From contig JABHSK010000001.1 in the NCBI GenBank assembly GCA_018669975.1, positions 88,394-152,393 on the forward strand: a stretch of 64,000 nucleotides of DNA, given 5' to 3'. A model generated the notes under the pieces. That model did not search any database. It was not told the origin of the DNA and saw only the letters and a program-made list of their open reading frames with translations. This DNA is from Candidatus Parcubacteria bacterium. Its GTDB lineage: Bacteria > Patescibacteriota > Patescibacteriia > UBA1558 > GWA2-36-10. Every line of letters starts with the position of its first letter. Position 1 is the first letter of the stretch. Below, one piece after another: positions 8,998 through 17,063 of this stretch. Both the position numbers and the translations under genes were made by a program.

Positions 8998-9639
8998 ATG
9001 AATCAATGGATGGATAAGTTTAAGAAAATGGGTGCTCTCTGGATACACGATGAAAATCCTGAGCGACCACATGCTTTATTGACTTCAGGCAAACACTCCA
9101 ATGGATACTTTAATGGCAGTAAAGTCATAAAAAATCCTCGTGTTCTAGCTGAGGCCTGCCATGATCTCTTGCAGATCAGCCATGCTGCTCAATTTACACC
9201 ACGATCTGTGTTTGGATCAGCTATGGGTGCCGTGACGATTGCTCACGAGCTGGCCAGGCAAATGGGTATCGAACTTGGCTTTACCGAGCCTGTCGAGACC
9301 AGGGAACAACTAGACATTACCCGCAAACACATGGTCCTCAAACGCTTTAGTGTTGTTCAAAACGAAAAAGTGATTGTGGCTGAAGATGTTATGACTACAG
9401 GTGGTACTACCAGAAAGACTATCGAGACACTGACAAAAACGGGAGCTGATGTGCTCGGCTTTATCCTTGTTTTGGTAAACCGTTCTGGTCAAGAATCTCT
9501 TGACGGCCGACGCATCATTGCTTTAATCGACCATCCTATGCCTTTCTGGGAAGCAGAAGAGTGCCCATTGTGTGCTCAAGGCTCCGAAGCTATCCGCCCC
9601 AAAGGCAGAGAAAGCTGGCAGGAATTAACTGCTCAATAG
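8998..9639 (+). CDS. Type I phosphoribosyltransferase (orotate-PRTase-like)
   Basis: 213 aa. The PRPP-binding motif VIVAEDVMTTGGT and the OPRT-like LLTSGKHSNGYF are present. RBS AAAGGAG. GC about 48%. Transcribed divergently from the phosphatase. Confidence 0.7.
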   Translation: MNQWMDKFKKMGALWIHDENPERPHALLTSGKHSNGYFNGSKVIKNPRVLAEACHDLLQISHAAQFTPRSVFGSAMGAVTIAHELARQMGIELGFTEPVETREQLDITRKHMVLKRFSVVQNEKVIVAEDVMTTGGTTRKTIETLTKTGADVLGFILVLVNRSGQESLDGRRIIALIDHPMPFWEAEECPLCAQGSEAIRPKGRESWQELTAQ

Positions 9640-9646
9640 ACAACCG

Positions 9647-9675
9647 CACCCTACATTTTGTAGGGTGTTTTTTTA
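9647..9675 (+). terminator. Intrinsic terminator after the PRTase gene
   Basis: Hairpin CACCCTACATTTTGTAGGGTG followed by TTTTTTT. Confidence 0.65.
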
Positions 9676-9703
9676 TAAAAATAACTTATCCACACCCAAA
9701 GAC

Positions 9704-9733
9704 TTGACGTTCGGTTTTTGTTCGGTATATACT
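9704..9733 (+). promoter_or_regulatory. Candidate lexA promoter with an embedded GTTCGG-N5-GTTCGG direct repeat (possible operator)
   Basis: TTGACG at 9704-9709, a 17-18 nt spacer, then TATACT. The spacer contains GTTCGG at 9709-9714 and again at 9720-9725. Confidence 0.4.
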
Positions 9734-9760
9734 ATAGGTAGACAAATTAACCACAACAAT

Positions 9761-10360
9761 ATGCCAAGCCTAACAAAAAAACAAAAAGAAATTTTAGACT
9801 TCATAACTCAATTTATCCAAACTAATGCCTATGCACCTAGTTATAGAGAAATCGCCGAATACTTTGGCTACTCCTCCACTGCTACCGTACACGAACATAT
9901 AAAATCTCTAGAGGACAAGGGTCTGTTAACTAGTAATCATAATGCAGCTAGATCATTGGAAGTAGTCGAGCATCGTTTTGGCAAAGCCATAGAGCTACCA
10001 TTGGCCGGACTAATCACTGCTGGTGTACCTATCGAAGCCATCGAAACAAATGAGACCATTGCTGTACCACAAAATTTAGTTAAAGATGAAAACAGTTTTG
10101 TTTTAAAAGTTAAGGGTGAATCTATGATTGAAGATGGAATTTTAAATGGAGATTATGTAGTAGTGGAGAGAAATTTTTATCCTAAAAATGGTGATGTAGT
10201 AGTGGCTTTATTAGATAACACCTATGCCACCCTAAAAAAATACTATCGAGAGAAAGATAGGATTAGACTACAACCAGCCAACAAAACCATGAAACCAATC
10301 TATGCCAAGAACCCAGCTATTCAGGGTATAGTCAAAGCTATTTTAAGAACTTTCTTATAA
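9761..10360 (+). CDS. lexA: LexA repressor (S24 peptidase)
   Basis: N-terminal wHTH (KKQKEILDFI...PSYREIAEYFGYSS..VHEHIKSLEDKGLL). C-terminal S24 domain with GESM (catalytic Ser) and ATLKKYY (Lys). Confidence 0.85.
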   Translation: MPSLTKKQKEILDFITQFIQTNAYAPSYREIAEYFGYSSTATVHEHIKSLEDKGLLTSNHNAARSLEVVEHRFGKAIELPLAGLITAGVPIEAIETNETIAVPQNLVKDENSFVLKVKGESMIEDGILNGDYVVVERNFYPKNGDVVVALLDNTYATLKKYYREKDRIRLQPANKTMKPIYAKNPAIQGIVKAILRTFL

Positions 10361-10624
10361 AATTATGTTTAAATTAAAAAACAACAAACTTTGGCAGATC
10401 AAATTCTTTCTAAATAAAGAAGACCGCTTTGTACATAAATGCTATAAAAAACTCAATAAAAACAAGTATCTATACGTAATGCCTAGAAAAACTGAGTTTA
10501 AATTATTTTAAGTATGCAATAGTGATAGTCTACTCCGCCATTTTTGCCTGAAAAATGGTGGTGTAGAGCCCTATACTGGTTTTTTAGTTCAGCTTAAAAT
10601 ATCGGTATAGGGTTCAACCACATC

Positions 10625-10653
10625 TTGACATATTTTAAGTTTTAAGCTATTAT
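10625..10653 (+). promoter_or_regulatory. Sigma70-like promoter for rpmA
   Basis: TTGACA (10625-10630), 17 nt spacer, TATTAT (10648-10653). Confidence 0.5.
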
Positions 10654-10683
10654 TTACCCTGTTAAATAATATTACTAAAAGGT

Positions 10684-10968
10684 ATGGCACATAAGAAAGC
10701 GGGCGGCTCCACTAGTCTGGGTCGAGATTCCCGAAGTCAACGTCTAGGAGTAAAACTATTTGCTGGTCAAGAAGCTAAAGCCGGCGCTATTTTGGTACGC
10801 CAAAGAGGTACTAAGTTCCATCCTGGATTAAATGTTAAAAGAGGTAGCGATGATACTCTGTTTGCAAAGATAGCTGGTATAGTTAAATTCCGTAAACTAA
10901 AAAAGATAAAATTTGACAGCTCACTTAAAGAGACTCGCTTCATTGATGTGCTACCTGAAAAAAAATAA
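10684..10968 (+). CDS. rpmA: 50S ribosomal protein L27
   Basis: [29 protein letters not shown]... is the canonical L27 N-terminus. No rplU lies upstream. Confidence 0.9.
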   Translation: MAHKKAGGSTSLGRDSRSQRLGVKLFAGQEAKAGAILVRQRGTKFHPGLNVKRGSDDTLFAKIAGIVKFRKLKKIKFDSSLKETRFIDVLPEKK

Positions 10969-10976
10969 TTTTCAAT

Positions 10977-11015
10977 ATAAAAACACCCTAGATTAAATCA
11001 GATGGGTGTTTTTTT
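10977..11015. terminator. Bidirectional intrinsic terminator between rpmA and ftsX
   Basis: Hairpin ACACCCTAGATTAAATCAGATGGGTGT flanked by A-runs and T-runs on both sides. Confidence 0.55.
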
Positions 11016-11022
11016 ATTTGAA

Positions 11023-11940
11023 CTAAACTTTTAAATACTTTCTCAGAGCTATAGTTGTACTTACTATATTTAAAAATGATAGTACCAAAAATTGTACACC
11101 AAAGATAAATAAGAAGTTATTCCTAAAATATCCTGACAAATCAATAACTTGTGTACCCTGGAAATAAGTGTTTAAAGATGGTTGTAGGAAGCTAATTACA
11201 AAGTAAACAATCGCTATCATTATTAATACAGCCGCCAACGCATAAAATGTACTCTCCAACAAAAATGGCATTCTAACAAACCAATTACCAGCCCCTACTA
11301 ACTTCATAACCATAATTTCATTTTTACGAGTGTAGATGCTAATACGGATAGTATTAAAAATAACAATAATTGATATTAAAGAAAAAACTGCAATCACATA
11401 CCAACTGTACTTGTTAACCATCTTAGCCAAATTATTTATCTTCTCTACAAAAGTTTCATAGTCACGAAAAGTACTGTCCTCTATCCATCCATTATATTTA
11501 TCCTGCTTAGCAAACTCCGAAATAATAACATATTGATCTAAATCATGTGCCTGTATAGCCAGTGAATAGGAAAATGGATTTTCACCTTCTTCAAAAATCT
11601 CCAAGGCTTTTTTAGTGTTATCATCTAAATTTGATTGTTCAAATAAAACCTTATTTTCTTCTGGAGTTATAATTCTAACGCTCTTTACTTCCGATAAACC
11701 GTTCATATCGCTCACCAATGTCTCCACCTTATCCTTGTCTATCTCTGGCTTCATAGATATTAAAATATCTACTTTCTGCTCAACACCATCGATGGTCGCT
11801 TGTCTAATATAATCCATGCCCACCAAAAGCGTGACTGAAAAAATAGCCATCAACATCATAGTAATAGTAACTACTGACAGCCAAAAATTACGGAAAAACC
11901 CCTGCAGGGCAAACTTTATAATCCTAAACAAACTAGTCAT
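11023..11940 (-). CDS. ftsX: Cell-division permease FtsX
   Basis: 305 aa with 4 TM helices, an FtsX-like periplasmic loop, and a position immediately downstream of ftsE. Confidence 0.8.
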   Translation of the reverse strand: MTSLFRIIKFALQGFFRNFWLSVVTITMMLMAIFSVTLLVGMDYIRQATIDGVEQKVDILISMKPEIDKDKVETLVSDMNGLSEVKSVRIITPEENKVLFEQSNLDDNTKKALEIFEEGENPFSYSLAIQAHDLDQYVIISEFAKQDKYNGWIEDSTFRDYETFVEKINNLAKMVNKYSWYVIAVFSLISIIVIFNTIRISIYTRKNEIMVMKLVGAGNWFVRMPFLLESTFYALAAVLIMIAIVYFVISFLQPSLNTYFQGTQVIDLSGYFRNNFLFIFGVQFLVLSFLNIVSTTIALRKYLKV

Positions 11941-11958
11941 AGTATTTATTTTTATTTT

Positions 11959-12639
11959 TTATAATAAATATTTTCCATTCTCCTGATCGCTAATTACATA
12001 ACCCTTTTCTAATGTGATTACCCTACCTCTAAGGCTATTAACTACATCTCGATCGTGTGTTACTAAAACTACAGTTGTACCTAAATTATTTATCTTCTTC
12101 AATAAATCAATGATTTCCCTGGTATTAATAGAATCAAGATTACCAGTAGGTTCATCAGCTACCAATAACTTTGGTTTATGCACTAAACTTCTAGCAATAG
12201 CTACACGCTGTTGTTCACCACCTGACAGTTGATGTGGATACCTATCCCTCTTATCTTTAAGTCCCACTAAAGATAACATTTGATTGACTGTCTTTTTTAT
12301 ATCTGAAGATTTAAAACCACAGGCTTCCATAGCAAAAGATACATTTTCAAAGACTGTTTTTTTAGATAATAATTTATAATCTTGAAAAATAACTCCTAAT
12401 TGACGACGTAAAGTAGGTATTTCATGATTCTTTATATCAGTTATCTCCCAACCACCTATGGTTATCTGCCCACTGTCCATTTTCTCCTCAGCAATAAGCA
12501 GTCTGATTAAAGTTGATTTACCAGAGCCACTTTGCCCAACAATAGACACAAATTCACCTGGCTTAATATGAAGATTCACATCACGTAAAGCATGTACGTC
12601 TTTGCCATAATTTTTTGATAGATTATGAATTTTGATCAT
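11959..12639 (-). CDS. ftsE: Cell-division ABC ATPase FtsE
   Basis: Walker A GQSGSGKST, ABC signature LSGGEQQRVAIARSL, Walker B LLVADEPT. Confidence 0.9.
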   Translation of the reverse strand: MIKIHNLSKNYGKDVHALRDVNLHIKPGEFVSIVGQSGSGKSTLIRLLIAEEKMDSGQITIGGWEITDIKNHEIPTLRRQLGVIFQDYKLLSKKTVFENVSFAMEACGFKSSDIKKTVNQMLSLVGLKDKRDRYPHQLSGGEQQRVAIARSLVHKPKLLVADEPTGNLDSINTREIIDLLKKINNLGTTVVLVTHDRDVVNSLRGRVITLEKGYVISDQENGKYLL

Positions 12640-12671
12640 AAAGTTCTATTTTTAGATATACTAATCTAATT

Positions 12672-13553
12672 CTAATACAATTTATTAATATTTACCTGCT
12701 CCAAATAGTCTATTAAAAATTCATCCACCCCTTTAGCAGCTACAAATATACCTCTTAACTCTTTGCTATCCTTACCCTCTTCTTCCAAAGAAGACTCCAC
12801 AAACCAAATCATATAGCCACCGGGAGCTGTTCCATACGAACCTGGTATATGTACTATTTTACTAAATTCTCCCTCTTTTAAATCTCTAACTGGATCGTAC
12901 ATAATCGATAACTCGTCTTCACTTACCCATAAAGTATTATCCACATAAGTCATATCATCTGAATATTCTTGGGCTACACTCAAAAAGTCACTGCCACCCT
13001 CTAGCTCCCCATAGGCTGCCTGTATCTTATTTACTCCCTCTATATCTCCAAAATTAAATATAAGATGATCGTATACCTTGGTTTCTAGCATCAAGGGTTT
13101 AATCATTAATTCTGAATAATCATCAAAAGAAACTCCCATCTCTGTTTCTACTTCTTGTTTAAAACTATCTAAATCTGGAACTTCTTGTAAATACGCGTCA
13201 AACTCTTCATCGTTAATTGACAAATCGTTCTCCTCAGCTAATTTATTAAGCCATGTATTCTTTATCAACCTGTTCCAAACCATAGAATCGGCATCTGACT
13301 CAGACATAGCGGGATCTCCTGCCTTGATTATATATTCCAAAACAAATTCTCTGTGCTTCAAATATTCACTTAGGGAAATCACAAAAGATTGATCTATCTC
13401 ATCTATGGTACCTGCTTTTAAATTATAGAGTCCAGCTAAAACTACAGCTGGTGTGCCATTTAATTTATGTTTATATACCATCCTAACAGCCAACCATTGT
13501 GAGGCTATTAAAAATATTATGATAACTATCAATAACTTTATTTTATTACTCAT
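12672..13553 (-). CDS. Hypothetical membrane-anchored (N-terminal TM) extracytoplasmic protein
   Basis: 293-aa ORF with one N-terminal TM helix and an acidic body. Sits in the ftsB-ftsEX gene string. Confidence 0.55.
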   Translation of the reverse strand: MSNKIKLLIVIIIFLIASQWLAVRMVYKHKLNGTPAVVLAGLYNLKAGTIDEIDQSFVISLSEYLKHREFVLEYIIKAGDPAMSESDADSMVWNRLIKNTWLNKLAEENDLSINDEEFDAYLQEVPDLDSFKQEVETEMGVSFDDYSELMIKPLMLETKVYDHLIFNFGDIEGVNKIQAAYGELEGGSDFLSVAQEYSDDMTYVDNTLWVSEDELSIMYDPVRDLKEGEFSKIVHIPGSYGTAPGGYMIWFVESSLEEEGKDSKELRGIFVAAKGVDEFLIDYLEQVNINKLY

Positions 13554-13555
13554 GA

Positions 13556-13939
13556 TTATTTAAAAAAATAATTAAACCACTTATTAATATTAGGTAAATT
13601 ACCACCTTGTTCTATGATATTTCTATCTGAATCTGTTGTAAATAAGTTTATTTGCTTTTCACCTGGCTTACTTAAATTAAGTTGGGACCTAGCCTGCTTT
13701 TCTACATATTCATCTGTCTTCAGATAAGTAATCAACTTATCCGTTGTTTCCGTTTTCTCTTTTAACTCAGATAACTGGCCTTCTAGTTCTTTAATCTCTT
13801 GGTGAATATTATATCTCAACACTACTTCCTTGCTAACTTTTACAAAAGATAAAATCAGTAGCAACACTAAAATAAGGGTGAATACATTTGACCCCCAAAT
13901 CTTTCCACGCCAATCTTTTTCTGTCTTTTTACGCTTCAT
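13556..13939 (-). CDS. Septum formation initiator (FtsB/DivIC-like)
   Basis: 127 aa with an N-terminal TM helix, a coiled coil, and the conserved EYVEKQARSQLNLSKPGEKQI C-terminal motif. Confidence 0.6.
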   Translation of the reverse strand: MKRKKTEKDWRGKIWGSNVFTLILVLLLILSFVKVSKEVVLRYNIHQEIKELEGQLSELKEKTETTDKLITYLKTDEYVEKQARSQLNLSKPGEKQINLFTTDSDRNIIEQGGNLPNINKWFNYFFK

Positions 13940-14030
13940 TGAAAAAATATCTGTACGACAATTATATCATAAACAGACCTTTTTTCCAAAATATTTTTGC
14001 TTTTAATGGCAAAAAGTATTATAATATTAA

Positions 14031-14969
14031 ATGAGAAAACGTTACCTTATGAAAATAAATAAAATAAAAACAAAAAAATTAACCTGGATTCATATTAGTA
14101 AGCCGACCCAGGAACATATAGACTACCTCAAAGAAACCTATGACTTCCATCCTTTAGACTTGGAAGACTGCCTCGTAAAAGTACAAAGGCCGCAAATTAG
14201 TGAATACGCTCACTATATATTTTTTATATTGACATTCCCTGTTTATAATAGAAAGGTTAGAGAAATGGAGTCTGGTGAAATAGATTTTTTTGTAGGGTCA
14301 AAATTCTTGATAACTATCAGTGATGGTACTATATCTACTATTGATACTTTTTTTAATGAAGTACAAACCAATGACTTTAGTAGAGAAAAATATATGTCCG
14401 CACATCCCGTTTTCCTATTATACGAAATTTTACACCGTTTACAAAACTATACCTTTCCAATGCTAGATCACATCTCACAAGATATAGAAGGAATAGAAAG
14501 GAGAATATTTAAAGGCGAGGAAAGAAAATTAGTAGTTGAAATATTACACACTAAAAGAAGCATAGTTGATCTACGACGTATCATGCAAGCTCATAAAAAC
14601 ATTATTAAAAAATTGATGAGTACGCACACTAAATTCTTTATGCATGATAAAACAAACGTCTATTTTACAAATATCTTAGATCGCACTAAAGATATTTGGG
14701 ATTTATTAGAAACTTTAAAAGAAAATATAAATACCTTTCAAGAAACAAATGAATCTTTAATTTCCTACAGATTGAACGACATCATGAAAACTTTAACTAT
14801 TATTTCTGTTATCATGATTCCAGCTACTCTGGTCGCCTCTTTATTTGGCATGAATATCAACCAAATGCCACTTATAGACAGCCCAATAGGTTTTTATTAT
14901 GTTTTAACTATCATATTAGCAATAATTTTATTATTTTTTGCCTATTTCCGTAAAAAAGATTGGCTTTAA
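14031..14969 (+). CDS. corA: Magnesium/cobalt transporter CorA
   Basis: 312 aa. The C-terminus has 2 TM helices with LFGMNI (GMN motif). Confidence 0.85.
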   Translation: MRKRYLMKINKIKTKKLTWIHISKPTQEHIDYLKETYDFHPLDLEDCLVKVQRPQISEYAHYIFFILTFPVYNRKVREMESGEIDFFVGSKFLITISDGTISTIDTFFNEVQTNDFSREKYMSAHPVFLLYEILHRLQNYTFPMLDHISQDIEGIERRIFKGEERKLVVEILHTKRSIVDLRRIMQAHKNIIKKLMSTHTKFFMHDKTNVYFTNILDRTKDIWDLLETLKENINTFQETNESLISYRLNDIMKTLTIISVIMIPATLVASLFGMNINQMPLIDSPIGFYYVLTIILAIILLFFAYFRKKDWL

Positions 14970-15038
14970 TTTGTCAAAAACATTATTTTATGATATAAAA
15001 ATCCCACTTACTAACAGTGGGATTTTCTATACCAAGAC

Positions 15039-16022
15039 ATGAAAAATTTTTGGACACAATTAAAAAAGCCTATTATCACCACCACACCAATGGCTGGTAT
15101 TACTGATACTGCCTGGAGACAAATTTGTAAGATGTGGGGCGCTGATGTAGTACATACAGAATTCGTATCAGCTGATGCGCTGTATTATGACAGCAAAAAA
15201 ACTCTCAAGATGTTAGAATACCAAGCTATGGAACAACCTGTAGTTGTTCAAATCTTTGGCAGAAGACCAGAGCTATACACTAAAGCTGCTCAAGTGATAG
15301 CCAAGACTGGCGTAGCTGGTATTGATATTAATTTTGGTTGTCCAGCCAAAAAAGTAGCTGGACATGGAGGAGGTATCTGCCTTTTAAGAAACATAGATAC
15401 TGTTAAAAAAATAATTGAGACAACTATAGAGGCAGTTGATATACCCGTGTCTGTAAAAACTAGAATAGGTTTAAATAAAATTCAAGGACAACCAGAAGAA
15501 GGACGAATAACTGTCCTAGATTTTATTGAGGCAATTAAAGAATATCCTATCGCTGCCATGATAGTACACGGCCGGACATATGAAGTCCCTTTTACTGGAC
15601 CAGTAGACTTAGATGCCCTTAAAGAAGCTCGTGATAAGTTTAAGAAATATTTTAAAGATGGTATATATATTATCAATGGATCCTTCCAGACTGTAGAATC
15701 TGTAATCGATGACATGAAATATACACAAGCAGATGGCATTGCCTTATCTAGAGCTATTTATGGTCGGCCCTGGCTATTTAAACAAATAAAAGATTATTTA
15801 GCTACTGGAACATACCAGGAAATTACTTGGGAACAAACTAAAGACACCGTCATAAAACACGCTCATCTATTATGGGAATCAAAAGGTACTGCCGGATTCA
15901 AAGAAATGCGTAAACATTTACTTTTTTATGTAAAAGGACGCCCAGATGCTGCTAAATTAAGAAAGGAATTAGTGTCTGTAGAGCACCCTAAGGATGTTGA
16001 AAAAATCTTTACTAGACTATAA
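15039..16022 (+). CDS. dusB: tRNA-dihydrouridine synthase
   Basis: Motifs TTTPMAGITD, VVVQIFG and GIDINFGCPAKKV match the Dus family FMN TIM barrel. Confidence 0.9.
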   Translation: MKNFWTQLKKPIITTTPMAGITDTAWRQICKMWGADVVHTEFVSADALYYDSKKTLKMLEYQAMEQPVVVQIFGRRPELYTKAAQVIAKTGVAGIDINFGCPAKKVAGHGGGICLLRNIDTVKKIIETTIEAVDIPVSVKTRIGLNKIQGQPEEGRITVLDFIEAIKEYPIAAMIVHGRTYEVPFTGPVDLDALKEARDKFKKYFKDGIYIINGSFQTVESVIDDMKYTQADGIALSRAIYGRPWLFKQIKDYLATGTYQEITWEQTKDTVIKHAHLLWESKGTAGFKEMRKHLLFYVKGRPDAAKLRKELVSVEHPKDVEKIFTRL

Positions 16023-16081
16023 ATACTAAATATTGTCAAAATGTACTCCAAAAACCCCACAAAAATGGGGTTTTTATACTA

Positions 16082-16110
16082 TTGACAAAATATATAAAGT
16101 ATGCTATAAT
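16082..16110 (+). promoter_or_regulatory. Perfect sigma70 consensus promoter driving the GC-rich secreted-protein gene
   Basis: TTGACA (16082-16087), 17 nt spacer, TATAAT (16105-16110). The predicted 5' leader to the ATG at 16253 is about 140 nt. Confidence 0.55.
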
Positions 16111-16252
16111 ACTATATCAACATCAAAGACCGAACCTTTAAAACCCCGTCTTTCAACAGTCAGTTCAGAGATAGATTCAATCAATTGTAGTGTTAGTGAC
16201 CCCTATGGGTCGAGTTCAAACCCGGGCAAAAGCCCAACAAAAGGAGCTTCAC

Positions 16253-16966
16253 ATGAAGACCAATCTGATTCGTATCGCCATCCTCTTCGCTGTCATCTTC
16301 ACCACCACCTTCGCCTTCGCCGGCAACACCGAGGTCACCTTGACCGACGAGATGCAGGCGCAGCTCGACGAGCTGATCCTGGCGAAGAATTTCGCCGAAG
16401 CCGACACGCTGCAGATGCAGTTCGAAGCGCAGTTGCGCAGCGATCAGCGAAACAGCAAGCGTATCGAGGAAGCTCGAGCCCGCACAGAAAAGCGCTGGCA
16501 CGCCGAAGTGTCCCCCGACTCGATGACCTATGACAAGGTCTGGCAGTGGGCCGACAATGATTCGACCAAAGCCACCTGGCTGGGCAAGCGCTACAACGTC
16601 GAGTTCGACGAGAACCTGGATACCACTGGCATGATCGATGCTCTCAAGAGCACGATCAACCAACGCCAGGCCGACCGGGTCGTCAACGACAAGATCAACT
16701 CCGCCGTGGCTCGTTCCGAAGCCAAGACCAACAAGCGTATCACTGATCTGGAAAACCAGATCGAACCTATCAAACGCGCGGTCAACCAGCTCGGTTACGA
16801 CATGGGTGCCTCCTTCAGCTACGCTGCCTGCATCAAGCATGTGGACGACGAAGTTCGCCAGGAGAACCTGGACAAGATCGCCGAACTGCGGAAGGCTTTC
16901 CGCGAACAGACCGATCCTATCCTGGAAGAATCCACCAAGAACAACGACAAGACGGACAACGAGTAG
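16253..16966 (+). CDS. Secreted coiled-coil protein of unknown function, about 58% GC (compositionally foreign)
   Basis: RBS AAAGGAG, then ATG and the signal peptide MKTNLIRIAILFAVIFTTTFAFAG. GC3 is above 80%, unlike any neighbour. All six frames are open in this block. Confidence 0.7.
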   Translation: MKTNLIRIAILFAVIFTTTFAFAGNTEVTLTDEMQAQLDELILAKNFAEADTLQMQFEAQLRSDQRNSKRIEEARARTEKRWHAEVSPDSMTYDKVWQWADNDSTKATWLGKRYNVEFDENLDTTGMIDALKSTINQRQADRVVNDKINSAVARSEAKTNKRITDLENQIEPIKRAVNQLGYDMGASFSYAACIKHVDDEVRQENLDKIAELRKAFREQTDPILEESTKNNDKTDNE

Positions 16967-17009
16967 TTCCAACCGCTACCTCCCCCCAGCGAGTGGAACT
17001 CAAGACAAG

Positions 17010-17040
17010 AGCCCTTCTTCGGAAGGGCTCACTTTTTTTA
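17010..17040 (+). terminator. Intrinsic terminator after the GC-rich secreted-protein gene
   Basis: Hairpin AGCCCTTCTTCGGAAGGGCT followed by TTTTTTT. Confidence 0.7.
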
Positions 17041-17063
17041 TCTAAAATTTAAAATATTAGAGA

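Noticed and set aside
16033-17045. Several long ORFs on both strands (16033-16533 plus, 16193-16972 minus, 16638-17045 plus) in the 58% GC block
   Set aside because: High GC suppresses stop codons in all frames. Only the 16253-16966 plus frame has an RBS, an ATG, a signal peptide and ends at the terminator.
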